A stretch of DNA of 64,000 nt from an uncultured Clostridia bacterium (GTDB lineage: Bacteria > Bacillota > Clostridia > Christensenellales > CAG-314), in contig CANQCN010000001.1 of the NCBI GenBank assembly GCA_947589685.1, positions 364 through 64,363 of the forward strand, in the 5' to 3' direction. Position numbers and translations under genes: made by a program. The notes beneath the pieces are model-generated. The model did no database searches, was not told the origin of the DNA, and saw nothing but the letters and a program-made list of their open reading frames with translations. Every line of letters starts with the position of its first letter. Positions within the stretch are counted from its first letter, which is position 1. This document shows positions 38,946 to 47,473 of the stretch, one piece after another.

Positions 38946-39266
38946 CGCCACGGCTTCATCGGCAAAAAGAGCAAGCTTGGCGTAAAGCGTATACCGATCA
39001 TATCCGCTTTGCGACCGTATCTGGAAGGCGTGAGCGCCGTAAAGTGGGTGACCGCCAAATACATCCGCGAAAAGTTCAACTCGATATTGCCCGATCACAT
39101 TTTGTACGATCTGCGCACCACATTTTACACGCATTGCGTAGAATGCGGGCTAAACCAGGCTGCTATCGACGAAATGGTAGGTCATTCAAGCGGCGTTTTG
39201 AAGGACACCTACACCGATCTAAGCGACGAATTTTTGTTGAAAGAAGCCGAAAAACTCGTGTGGTAA
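38946..39266 (+). pseudogene. tyrosine recombinase/integrase, C-terminal stub only
   Basis: The frame is open from just after TAG 38943-38945. It reads ..GKKSKLGVKRIPIISALRPYLEGV..ILYDLRTTFYTHCVECGLNQAAIDEMVGHSSGVLKDTYTDL.., showing the R, HxxGH-like and catalytic Y landmarks. The N-terminal two thirds are missing. Confidence 0.7.
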
Positions 39267-39272
39267 AGAGCG

Positions 39273-39339
39273 AAAATTTACCCCGATTTCAGAGCAACAT
39301 CCCAAAAAAATTTACCCCAAAATTTACCCCAAAATTCAC
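39273..39339 (+). repeat. direct repeats AAAATTTACCCC x3 plus a truncated copy (arm-type site candidates)
   Basis: Exact 12-mers lie at 39273-39284, 39307-39318 and 39319-39330, followed by AAAATTCAC at 39331-39339. Confidence 0.45.
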
Positions 39340-39385
39340 TTTTGAGATGGGGTTGGTGGTTAGATTTCCCTAAAAAAAAGCAAAA

Positions 39386-39429
39386 AAAACAAAAGAAAAC
39401 AGGCTTCCGTGGTTAGAAAACCTGTTTTC
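39386..39429 (-). terminator. rho-independent terminator of the tRNA operon
   Basis: Minus strand 9-bp stem GAAAACAGG / CCTGTTTTC with a 17-nt loop, followed by a long T tract (TTTTGTTTTTTTTGCTTTTTTTT). Confidence 0.7.
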
Positions 39430-39430
39430 T

Positions 39431-39505
39431 TGGAGCGGGAGACGGGATTCGGACCCGCGATATCTGCCTTGGCAAGGCAGCGCTCTACCACTGAGCCACT
39501 CCCGC
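39431..39505 (-). tRNA. tRNA-Gly(GCC)
   Basis: 75 nt. Folded by hand: acceptor GCGGGAG/CTCCCGC, anticodon loop TTGCCAA, T loop TCCGAAT, encoded CCA. Confidence 0.9.
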
Positions 39506-39516
39506 ATGTTGCTGTT

Positions 39517-39600
39517 TGGTGCGGATAAAGGGACTTGAACCCCCACGTCGAAGACACCAGATCCTAAGTCTAGCGCGTCTGCCAATTCCGCCATATCCGC
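39517..39600 (-). tRNA. tRNA-Leu(TAG)
   Basis: 84 nt. Acceptor GCGGATA/TATCCGC, anticodon loop CTTAGGA, long variable arm, encoded CCA. Confidence 0.88.
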
Positions 39601-39614
39601 ACGTAGCACCTGAT

Positions 39615-39690
<76 letters not shown>

Positions 39691-39726
39691 ATATTTCTAC
39701 CTGTGCCGCAAATTACTTACTTTTAA

Positions 39727-39802
39727 TGGTGACCCATCCGCGATTCGAACGCGGGACACCTTGATTAAAAGTCAAGTGCTCTACCGACTGAGCTAATGGG
39801 TC
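39727..39802 (-). tRNA. tRNA-Lys(TTT)
   Basis: 76 nt. Acceptor GACCCAT/ATGGGTC, anticodon loop CTTTTAA, encoded CCA. Confidence 0.9.
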
Positions 39803-39805
39803 GCA

Positions 39806-39880
39806 TGGCAGGGGTAGCAGGATTTGAACCTACGAATGTCAGAGTCAAAGTCTGATGCCTTACCGCTTGGCTATACCCCT
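39806..39880 (-). tRNA. tRNA-Gln(TTG)
   Basis: 75 nt. Acceptor AGGGGTA/TACCCCT, anticodon loop CTTTGAC, encoded CCA. Confidence 0.9.
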
Positions 39881-39887
39881 AAAACTG

Positions 39888-39964
39888 TGGGGTGAGCTAT
39901 GGGAGTCGAACCCATGACCTCCAGAGCCACAATCTGGCGCTCTGCCAACTGAGCTAAGCCCACC
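39888..39964 (-). tRNA. tRNA-His(GTG)
   Basis: 77 nt including the extra 5' G(-1) opposite C73. Anticodon loop TTGTGGC. Encoded CCA. Confidence 0.9.
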
Positions 39965-39969
39965 ATAAT

Positions 39970-40046
39970 TGGCGTGCCTGAAGGGATTCGAACCCCCGAC
40001 AAACGGCTTAGAAGGCCGTTGCTCTATCCTGCTGAGCTACAGGCAC
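39970..40046 (-). tRNA. tRNA-Arg(TCT)
   Basis: 77 nt. Acceptor GTGCCTG/CAGGCAC, anticodon loop CTTCTAA, encoded CCA. Confidence 0.9.
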
Positions 40047-40059
40047 AGGCAAACGAGTT

Positions 40060-40077
40060 TGGAGCGGGTGATGGGAA
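40060..40077 (-). repeat. exact 18-nt copy of the 3' end of tRNA-Gly(TCC) (att-like scar or tRNA fragment)
   Basis: TGGAGCGGGTGATGGGAA at 40060-40077 is identical to 40192-40209 (T-stem 3' strand + acceptor 3' strand + CCA). The 114-nt filler carries TTCGCTTCGCT twice (40081-40091 and 40100-40110). Confidence 0.75.
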
Positions 40078-40191
40078 CACTTCGCTTCGCTACGTGGCGT
40101 TCGCTTCGCTCGGCTAAACGGACCCGTCCGCTTCCCACCGAATTGGTGTAGCAATGCTTATTTCGTCACAACACCACGCTCTTTACGTTTT

Positions 40192-40265
40192 TGGAGCGGG
40201 TGATGGGAATCGGACCCACGCGACCAGCTTGGAAGGCTGGGATTCTACCATTGAACTACACCCGC
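40192..40265 (-). tRNA. tRNA-Gly(TCC)
   Basis: 74 nt. Acceptor GCGGGTG/CACCCGC, anticodon loop CTTCCAA, encoded CCA. It is the first gene of the operon. Confidence 0.9.
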
Positions 40266-40282
40266 ACTTCAACAGCCCTTTT

Positions 40283-40311
40283 ATTATATCCTACCATTGC
40301 AAAACTGTCAA
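40283..40311 (-). promoter_or_regulatory. consensus sigma-70 promoter of the tRNA operon
   Basis: Minus strand reads TTGACA-17 nt-TATAAT, with the -10 box ending 17 nt upstream of the 5' end of tRNA-Gly(TCC). Confidence 0.6.
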
Positions 40312-40362
40312 CAATTTGAAGTCATTTTTTGTTGTTTATTGTTCAAAAAGTTTTGCAGTCCG

Positions 40363-41556
40363 CTACATCAATTTGCCTTGCTTGTACAATTTGATCAAAA
40401 CATTTTGAGTGTCGTAAAATCTCACCACGACTTGTATCGGCTTGTCGTCCTTGTCCTTTTCGCCCGTTTCCACCACCTCGCCCGGTTTGGTGTAGCTGTC
40501 TGTGCCGTTATCCTGCTTTTGCAATTTAAGATACAGATCGTTGAAAAACTCGCCGATCTTTTCCAACGTGTCGAACTGCATCCAAAGCTTCGAGTAGTTG
40601 GTGCGTTCCTTGATTATTCCGCTGTCGACTTTGGCGTAAAGTTCGTTTACGGTTGCCGTAGTATCCGGGTAGTAGTTTACCATTGCAATGGCAGAATACA
40701 TACATTGTACGAGCGCGCCGTAGCGTATGTAAGGATCTTCGCTGGTAAGGCAAACGTATTCGGCGACAATATCGGCTTGGTACTCGCGCATTACGCCCTT
40801 GCCGTGAGCCATCTCGTGCGCAAGGGTGACAGGCAAATACAGCTTGGAATTCACGTTGATATTTGCCTCGCCAAACGGAGCAAAAAACACGCCCGTTATA
40901 CCCAGCTCGCTCATTATCGTCTTGTTGATTATTTTTTTGCCGTGCGGAGTATAAGAAGAAAAGTATTTGTCTTGCAGCTTGCTGTATTCGACATTCAACA
41001 TATCGGACATCTCTTTCAGACTGTACGGAAAAACTATATTTCCGTTTTCGTCATGCTCCGTCGCGTGATAAGCTTTATTGGATTCGTCAATGACGTATTC
41101 TGCGATCTGTATCGCTTCTTCGGCGGTCAAGTCGTCGCCGGAGTACTCTTCGTACACGCTCGTCGGCAAATCGGCTCTGTTGTAGGAAAAGCTTGCCGTT
41201 GCCGTGTAGATGTTCAAAAAGGAAAACACGCATATAGCGACGATCACAAGCGCAGTCAACGACTTGTGCCACTTGTGTTTGCACAGCAGAACGATCTCCG
41301 CAACAACAAACGCTATCGCTCCGAGTATTGCAACTATCAACAAAATTTCGTAAAAGCTTATCGGCAGCCAGCCCAACAGATTACCGAAAACATATATCCA
41401 GGCGCGGGAAATCGTTGTCGCAAAAAACTCGCAGACGGATCTGTTGAGCGTCAAAAGCGACAAAATGACAAAAAGCACGATCAATGATCCCAACACTATC
41501 AAACGTCGAATCAAGGTTCGCTTTGGATTTTTGATTTTTTGAGATTTCATTTTCAT
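40363..41556 (-). CDS. DUF3810-family membrane metalloprotease-like protein
   Basis: N-terminal TM helices and an HEMAH zinc motif (TLAHEMAHGKG). The ATG at 41556 (MKMKSQK) is preferred over the TTG at 41574. Confidence 0.8.
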   Translation of the reverse strand: MKMKSQKIKNPKRTLIRRLIVLGSLIVLFVILSLLTLNRSVCEFFATTISRAWIYVFGNLLGWLPISFYEILLIVAILGAIAFVVAEIVLLCKHKWHKSLTALVIVAICVFSFLNIYTATASFSYNRADLPTSVYEEYSGDDLTAEEAIQIAEYVIDESNKAYHATEHDENGNIVFPYSLKEMSDMLNVEYSKLQDKYFSSYTPHGKKIINKTIMSELGITGVFFAPFGEANINVNSKLYLPVTLAHEMAHGKGVMREYQADIVAEYVCLTSEDPYIRYGALVQCMYSAIAMVNYYPDTTATVNELYAKVDSGIIKERTNYSKLWMQFDTLEKIGEFFNDLYLKLQKQDNGTDSYTKPGEVVETGEKDKDDKPIQVVVRFYDTQNVLIKLYKQGKLM

Positions 41557-41570
41557 ATCAAATCCCGCGT

Positions 41571-42965
41571 TCAACAGAAAAGTTGAAATTTCTTTCTGAG
41601 ATAATCATCGTTGCGTTCTATGTAGGTTATTACATCTTTGGCGTTTGCAACCCTTTCTATACGGTTTTCCTCAACAAGTATCCGTTTGGATATCGCGTTT
41701 GTACCGCAGGCAAGTATGTCGGATAGTTCTTCCATCATACCGATATTGTACAGACAAGCCTTGCCCGCTCTGCAATAGCCCACGTTTTCGAGATTGTCCG
41801 CCATATACTTTTGTCTGTACATATAGTATGGCATATATCCCGCCCGATAAAGCTTTTTGCGCGAATAATCCACCATTTTTACCACGTCGCTCGCCCCGTA
41901 ATTCTGTTCTTTAAGCAAGCTGCCGTGCTTCAACGCAAGCGTATGCACCGTGATGTTGTCCGGCGCCAACGCCGCCGCCTCGTCTACGCTGTGACAAAAC
42001 ATATCAAAGGTTTCCGTCGGCAGACCCGCTATCAGATCCATATTGACGGTAAAGCCGTATTTTTTTGCAAGGTCGTACTTGTCGTAAATATCTTTGACCG
42101 TATGCTTGCGCCCGATCACGTCCAAAACCGATTGATTGAAGGTCTGCGGATTGATGGAAATTCGTTGTACGCCGTGTTTTTTGAAAACGTCCAATTTGTT
42201 TGCGTCAATCGTGTCGGGACGACCCGCTTCCACGGTATATTCCAAGGGCATTATATTTATGCAAGACATTATTTCATCGAGCTGCGCGGCGTTAAGCGAC
42301 GTAGGCGTTCCGCCGCCGAAATATACGTTTCGGACAACTATTTTGCGATCGCGGGCAAATTGCAGCGTGCAATTTATATCCCGTTTCAACGCTTCGACGT
42401 ATGGCTCAACGTATTTTTTTAGATGATTTATGTCACCGCTCGTAAACGAGCAATAACTGCAACGGCTTACGCAAAAGGGTATTCCCACGTACAGATCCGC
42501 ACAGCCTTCTTTATGTTCGCGCAGACCGCCTTGCACCGCAAGAATATCTGCGACAAGTTGAGTTTTTTCCTCGGAAACTCCCAGCAACTCCGTAAAAGTC
42601 TTTCGCCAATCGAGACCTTCCCGCGCCAATTGATCGGCAAGTTTTGTCGGACGAATGCCCGTAAGACTGCCCCAAGGCATTTTTTTGCCCGTGAGCCTTA
42701 CCAACAAATTGTACATTGCCAATTTGGCATATCTCTTGCGCAAACGCACCGCTTGCAGCTCGCTCGCATCGGCGGCGTCGACACGCTGTTCTTCGCTCTC
42801 TTTTGCGGATCGAGCGACATAAACATACTTGCCGCCTTGGCATTGCTCTGTGAGAGACAAGTCGCATTGCGCCGTTTGGTCGACAAGAATACTGTCGTCA
42901 AAAAACAGTTTGACAACATCGTGTATTTCGGCAGGATAACAAAAATCGGTATACAGCGCTATCAT
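41571..42965 (-). CDS. hemZ: radical SAM coproporphyrinogen-dehydrogenase-like protein HemZ
   Basis: 464 aa. CVSRCSYCSF (CxxxCxxC) and a HemN-like core. The N-terminal extension YPAEIHDVVKLFF is typical of HemZ. Confidence 0.82.
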   Translation of the reverse strand: MIALYTDFCYPAEIHDVVKLFFDDSILVDQTAQCDLSLTEQCQGGKYVYVARSAKESEEQRVDAADASELQAVRLRKRYAKLAMYNLLVRLTGKKMPWGSLTGIRPTKLADQLAREGLDWRKTFTELLGVSEEKTQLVADILAVQGGLREHKEGCADLYVGIPFCVSRCSYCSFTSGDINHLKKYVEPYVEALKRDINCTLQFARDRKIVVRNVYFGGGTPTSLNAAQLDEIMSCINIMPLEYTVEAGRPDTIDANKLDVFKKHGVQRISINPQTFNQSVLDVIGRKHTVKDIYDKYDLAKKYGFTVNMDLIAGLPTETFDMFCHSVDEAAALAPDNITVHTLALKHGSLLKEQNYGASDVVKMVDYSRKKLYRAGYMPYYMYRQKYMADNLENVGYCRAGKACLYNIGMMEELSDILACGTNAISKRILVEENRIERVANAKDVITYIERNDDYLRKKFQLFC

Positions 42966-42966
42966 A

Positions 42967-45156
42967 TCAACCTTGCGTACGGTAAACGTTTATCACGGCG
43001 GGAATGGCAAGCAGTCTGTTCATAAGCGCATTGGTTTGCTCGTGATTGGATATTTCCACCGTTATCGTAGCCACTGCGTTGCCTTTGCGGTCCTTGCGCG
43101 CGTTTATCGCAACGAACGAAAGTCCTTCGTTGGTGATAACCTTCGTAATATCCGCAAACACGCCCCCTTTGTCCTCCGCGATGATCTCCACCGTTACTGG
43201 GAATGTGGTTTTGTCGCTCATATTTGCCCATTCGGCTTTTACAAGACGTTCGGGCTCCATATTTTTGATAGACGGACAGTCGGCGCGATGTACGCAGACG
43301 CCTCTGCCGCGCGATATATAGCCGACTATCTCGTCCCCCGGTACGGGTGAGCAACAACGCGAAAAACGGACCAAAAGGTCGTCTACGCCCTTTATTATCA
43401 CCGATTTTTCCTTGTTGCCGCCTTCTTGCTTTTTGCGAACGCTTTGCTGAGTTTTGATCTTTTCCGCAATGTCCTTGTTGCCGGCAATAAGTTTTATCAC
43501 CACTTGATTGAGCGACAAACTTCCGTAACCCACCGCAGCATACATTTCGTCCACGTCTTCCAGCATATAGCGATCGCAAACGGCTTGAATGGCTTCGGGA
43601 GTGATAAGCTCGGAGGGCGTGATCCCGCGATGACGGATCTCGCGTTCTATCATGCCTCTTCCCGTACGGATATACTCATCCTTCATTTCCCGCTTGAAGA
43701 ACTGACGGATCTTGGATTTGGCGGAAGGCGTTTTTACTATTTTCAGCCAATCGCGCGACGGTCCCTTTGCGTTGGGGTTTGTCATAACTTCCACCGTGTC
43801 GCCGGTAGAAAGCGGCGTATCCAAAGGGACTATCTTGTTGTTGATCTTGATGCCTACGCATTTGTTTCCCACCTGACTGTGTATCAGATATGCAAAATCA
43901 AGTCCCGTCGCCTCGGCGGGCAATATCTTGACGTCGCCGTTGGGAGTAAAAACGTACACCTCGTTGGTGTTGGAAATATCCTTTCGAATAAGATCGAGAA
44001 ATTCCGTGCTGTCCTTGAAATCCTCGTTGTAGGACAAAACTTCCTTTACCCAACCCAAATTGTCGTCCATTACGGTAGAACCGCTTACGCCCTCTTTGTA
44101 TTTCCAATGCGCGGCGATACCGTATTCCGCCACTTTGTGCATCTCGTGAGTACGTATCTGCACCTCTATCGGGTAAGTGTGCGATCCGATGTCGAAAATA
44201 ACCGTTGTGTGCAAAGATTGATACATATTCGGCTTCGGCACGGCTATATAGTCCTTAAAACGTCCCGGCATGGGTTTCCAACGGGCGTGTATCGCGCCCA
44301 AAACGGAATAGCAATCCTTGATAGAATCCACGATGACGCGCACCGCCGTCAAATCGTATACCTGATCCAAGGTTTTGTTTTGTCGAAGCATTTTTTTGTA
44401 GATGGAATAAAAATGCTTTGTTCTGCCGTATATATCGAAATCGCTTATTTTGTTTGCGTTCAGCTCCGCCTTGACGTCCTCGATAAATGCGGCTACTATT
44501 TCTTCGCGTTCCTGCTTTTTCAATGCGATTCCGTTGCTGATCTCCAAATACGCCTTGTTGTCAAGATATTTCAAACACAGATCTTCCAACTCGCTCTTGA
44601 CGGAAGAAATACCGAGACGACCCGCTATCGGCGCAAAAATATCCAACGTTTCCTTGGCGATTATCTGTTGCTTTTCGGGCGAAAGATACATAAGCGAGCG
44701 CATATTGTGCAGTCTGTCCGCCAACTTGATGAGCATAACGCGAATGTCCTTTGCCATTGCAAAAAACATTTTGCGCATATTTTCCGCCTGTTCCTCTTCC
44801 TTGTTGTGGAACTGTATCTTATCCAGCTTTGTCACGCCGGCAACAAGATTTGCTATCTCGTCGCCGAACTGTTTGCGAAGATTTTCATCCGTGATGTAGG
44901 TATCTTCCACCGTGTCATGCAGCAACGCGGCGCAGATCGTGGGCACATCCATACCCATATCTATCAAAATATCCGCGACAATAACGGGATGCGTTATATA
45001 AGGTCTGCCGCTTGCGCGAAATTGTCCTTTGTGCGCGGTGTACGCCACCTGATAAGCGTCTTCTATCCTGCTGATTTCGTGCGCGTGATAGTAATGCTTG
45101 ACCTTCGACAAAAAATTATTAAGCGTAACTTCCGCTTTCTCTTGTTCCGTATTCAT
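42967..45156 (-). CDS. relA: bifunctional (p)ppGpp synthetase/hydrolase RelA/SpoT
   Basis: 729 aa. HD domain (LLHDTVEDT), synthetase core (YQSLHTTV), TGS and ACT domains. Confidence 0.96.
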   Translation of the reverse strand: MNTEQEKAEVTLNNFLSKVKHYYHAHEISRIEDAYQVAYTAHKGQFRASGRPYITHPVIVADILIDMGMDVPTICAALLHDTVEDTYITDENLRKQFGDEIANLVAGVTKLDKIQFHNKEEEQAENMRKMFFAMAKDIRVMLIKLADRLHNMRSLMYLSPEKQQIIAKETLDIFAPIAGRLGISSVKSELEDLCLKYLDNKAYLEISNGIALKKQEREEIVAAFIEDVKAELNANKISDFDIYGRTKHFYSIYKKMLRQNKTLDQVYDLTAVRVIVDSIKDCYSVLGAIHARWKPMPGRFKDYIAVPKPNMYQSLHTTVIFDIGSHTYPIEVQIRTHEMHKVAEYGIAAHWKYKEGVSGSTVMDDNLGWVKEVLSYNEDFKDSTEFLDLIRKDISNTNEVYVFTPNGDVKILPAEATGLDFAYLIHSQVGNKCVGIKINNKIVPLDTPLSTGDTVEVMTNPNAKGPSRDWLKIVKTPSAKSKIRQFFKREMKDEYIRTGRGMIEREIRHRGITPSELITPEAIQAVCDRYMLEDVDEMYAAVGYGSLSLNQVVIKLIAGNKDIAEKIKTQQSVRKKQEGGNKEKSVIIKGVDDLLVRFSRCCSPVPGDEIVGYISRGRGVCVHRADCPSIKNMEPERLVKAEWANMSDKTTFPVTVEIIAEDKGGVFADITKVITNEGLSFVAINARKDRKGNAVATITVEISNHEQTNALMNRLLAIPAVINVYRTQG

Positions 45157-45159
45157 TTT

Positions 45160-47406
45160 TCACCGTTTTTGAAATATTTCGAATATCGCCGAATCCGCCA
45201 GATCGCGCTTGGAAGAGCTTTCCAACTGCACGTTGTATTCATCCGAAATTGTTATCAGTTTCAATTCTTCGAATACCCTCAGCGCCACGACAAACTGAGC
45301 ATAAGAAAGTTTTGCTGTCAGATATTTGTCGTATACGGCTTTCAGACTGTCGAATTTGCCTTTTTTTCGCAATGCCGAATATACGCCTGCGCATACTTCG
45401 CGAGTCAGATCCATCTCGTAAAGTTCTTTGCGCGCGGGCCGCGCCTCGAAATAAAGGGCATTTGCAATGTTGCGCACAAACCCGCTATTGGAAAAGCACA
45501 CCACTTTGTCAAACCTGTCGAAACAGTAATCGTCAAGCGGCGAGACCGCAACGACTTTCGATAGCCCGCTGTCGAAAAACACATCCACGCAAAAGTCTTC
45601 GATAGATATTTTATCCCCATATTCGAGGTACGTTTCGTAATCGTCGAAAACCAACGCCACGTTGTCGCCGCGGACAAGTTCCGCAAGCGTTTTTTCGTCG
45701 ATACGAGGTTTGTCGTGTTCCGGCGCAAAATTTTTGAGCAAATTGATACGGTAGAAGTCGTCGAAACACACGGAGTTTTCCAACGAAATATCTTCTATTA
45801 TCCCGCAGACATTGTGCGTATAACTATCCGTTTCAAGCGTGCAAATTACGTCTACATTCGCGCCGTTTTTGATAAAAGGAGCATATGCGCCGTATTTGAA
45901 AAAGCCTTTTATTTCCAAACCGCAAGCGAGCGTTGCGGATAAATGCGCGTCGTCTTTACCGAAGGAATTGGCGTATTGCACATGATCTCTGACTCTGCAC
46001 AATATCTTATCCTGCGGCAGCAAGGGTTGTAACTTGTCCGTAAGCGACAATATATCCTGCGCGGCACAGTCCTCTCCGATGACGACGTCATAGTACGTGC
46101 GGCTTTCGAAAAGCGTTTTGTCGTAGGAATTAAGCAAAGAAACGAGCTTTCGGCGCAGTTCGTCCAGCTTGTTTTTCGACACGCTGAAACCAACAGACGC
46201 TTTGTGTCCGCCGAATTTGACAAGACAGTCTTTGCACTGCGAAAACACCTCAAAAAGGTTTATCGTATCGATTCCGCGAGCTGAGCCGACATAGTTGTCT
46301 CCGTCCGAGGTCATTATTATCGCGGGCAATTTGTATTTTTCCTTGTAACGAGACGCAACGATACCCAGCAGACCGTGCTGCCAATTGTCGCTGTACAAAA
46401 AAACCATTCGTTCGCGCATGATTTTTTTGACGTCGCACATTTCGTCGGACTGAGCGGTAATCTCTTCAAGCAGCTGCTTGCGTTTTTCGTTTAGTTCCAA
46501 CAAGCGATTGATCTTGATTTGATCTACTCTGTCCCGACTCAGCAGCACGTCCAATGCCGCTTGCGGCGCGCCCACTCTGCCCGCGGCGTTGATTTTGGGC
46601 GTAATACGCATAGCAACGTCGTTTGCGGATATTTCCGCCGAGCAATTGGACAGCTCGGCAAGTCGGCGCAAGCTTTTGTGACGCATATTGGAAAAACCCA
46701 TCTTTACAAGGGCGCGGTTTTCGTCGCGCAAAGGCATAATGTCGCCGATAGTGCCTATACACGCCAGATCGCTGTATTTTGCCGCAGCTTCCCTTCCCGC
46801 AAGCGCTTCCACCAACTTCCAGGCGACTCCCGCTCCCGCAAGATAGGGAAAGGGATAGCCCAACTTGGGATTTACGCAAATGCAATCGGGCAAAACTTCG
46901 GGAAGCTCGTGATGATCGGTAACTATAACCTCTACCCCAAGCTCGGAAACGATCTTGTTTATGTCTTCGGCGTTGGAAATGCCGCAGTCGACGGTTAAAA
47001 CAAGGTCATAAAAATCGTTTTCGAAAGCGCGCAATACGTTTGCAGCGTGCAAGCCGTAACCTTCGTCTCTCGTCGGGATCACTACGTCGTTTTCTATTCC
47101 GTTGTCGGAAAAAAACAAAGACAAAATGCCGGCGGCAGTTAGCCCGTCGGCGTCGTAATCACCGTAGATCAATATTTTGCCGCCGCTCTCCATAACATAC
47201 CTTATAGTTTCCGTTGCCGCTTCCATATTTGCCATTTCAAAAGGAGAATGAAAGACGGCTTTGTCGTCGACAAAATCGTCATAATTGCCGCTGTCGATAC
47301 CGTGAGCGGCAAGCAACTCCGCGACTGTGCGCGACAGCCCCTTTTGTTGCAAATCTATTACCGTTTGTTCGTCCGCTATCGGACGTTTGATATATCTTGG
47401 TTTCAT
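45160..47406 (-). CDS. recJ: single-stranded-DNA-specific exonuclease RecJ
   Basis: Start trimmed to MKPRYIKRP. DHH motifs (GDYDADG, VTDHH) and a DHHA1 domain. No SD is visible. Confidence 0.94.
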   Translation of the reverse strand: MKPRYIKRPIADEQTVIDLQQKGLSRTVAELLAAHGIDSGNYDDFVDDKAVFHSPFEMANMEAATETIRYVMESGGKILIYGDYDADGLTAAGILSLFFSDNGIENDVVIPTRDEGYGLHAANVLRAFENDFYDLVLTVDCGISNAEDINKIVSELGVEVIVTDHHELPEVLPDCICVNPKLGYPFPYLAGAGVAWKLVEALAGREAAAKYSDLACIGTIGDIMPLRDENRALVKMGFSNMRHKSLRRLAELSNCSAEISANDVAMRITPKINAAGRVGAPQAALDVLLSRDRVDQIKINRLLELNEKRKQLLEEITAQSDEMCDVKKIMRERMVFLYSDNWQHGLLGIVASRYKEKYKLPAIIMTSDGDNYVGSARGIDTINLFEVFSQCKDCLVKFGGHKASVGFSVSKNKLDELRRKLVSLLNSYDKTLFESRTYYDVVIGEDCAAQDILSLTDKLQPLLPQDKILCRVRDHVQYANSFGKDDAHLSATLACGLEIKGFFKYGAYAPFIKNGANVDVICTLETDSYTHNVCGIIEDISLENSVCFDDFYRINLLKNFAPEHDKPRIDEKTLAELVRGDNVALVFDDYETYLEYGDKISIEDFCVDVFFDSGLSKVVAVSPLDDYCFDRFDKVVCFSNSGFVRNIANALYFEARPARKELYEMDLTREVCAGVYSALRKKGKFDSLKAVYDKYLTAKLSYAQFVVALRVFEELKLITISDEYNVQLESSSKRDLADSAIFEIFQKR

Positions 47407-47411
47407 TTTGT

Positions 47412-47451
47412 AGAAAACACAGCAGCCTTCTATTTTGTTGTAGAAGGCTGC
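47412..47451 (-). terminator. strong hairpin/terminator between the secD-like gene and recJ
   Basis: Minus strand GCAGCCTTCTA-caacaaaa-TAGAAGGCTGC followed by TGTGTTTTCT. It ends only about 6 nt before the recJ ATG. Confidence 0.5.
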
Positions 47452-47473
47452 TTGCATATCGATCGATTATTGC

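Larger units (their letters stand above)
37386..39430. mobile_element. remnant of a tRNA-Gly(GCC)-associated integrative element (non-functional)
   Basis: It contains a 5'-truncated tyrosine-integrase stub, a polyvalent-protein-like fragment and 12-mer direct repeats next to the tRNA 3' end. Several lines are visibly AT-richer than the flanks. No second att copy was found. Confidence 0.45.

Noticed and set aside
40078-40191. The possibility that the 114-nt filler plus the duplicated 3' end is a functional tRNA (long-variable-arm, Sec-type or intron-containing).
   Set aside because: I could find an acceptor-like pairing (with a bulge) and small hairpins. I could not find a D arm, a 7-nt anticodon loop in the right place or a T arm 5' strand. 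I report it only as a scar or tRNA-like candidate.
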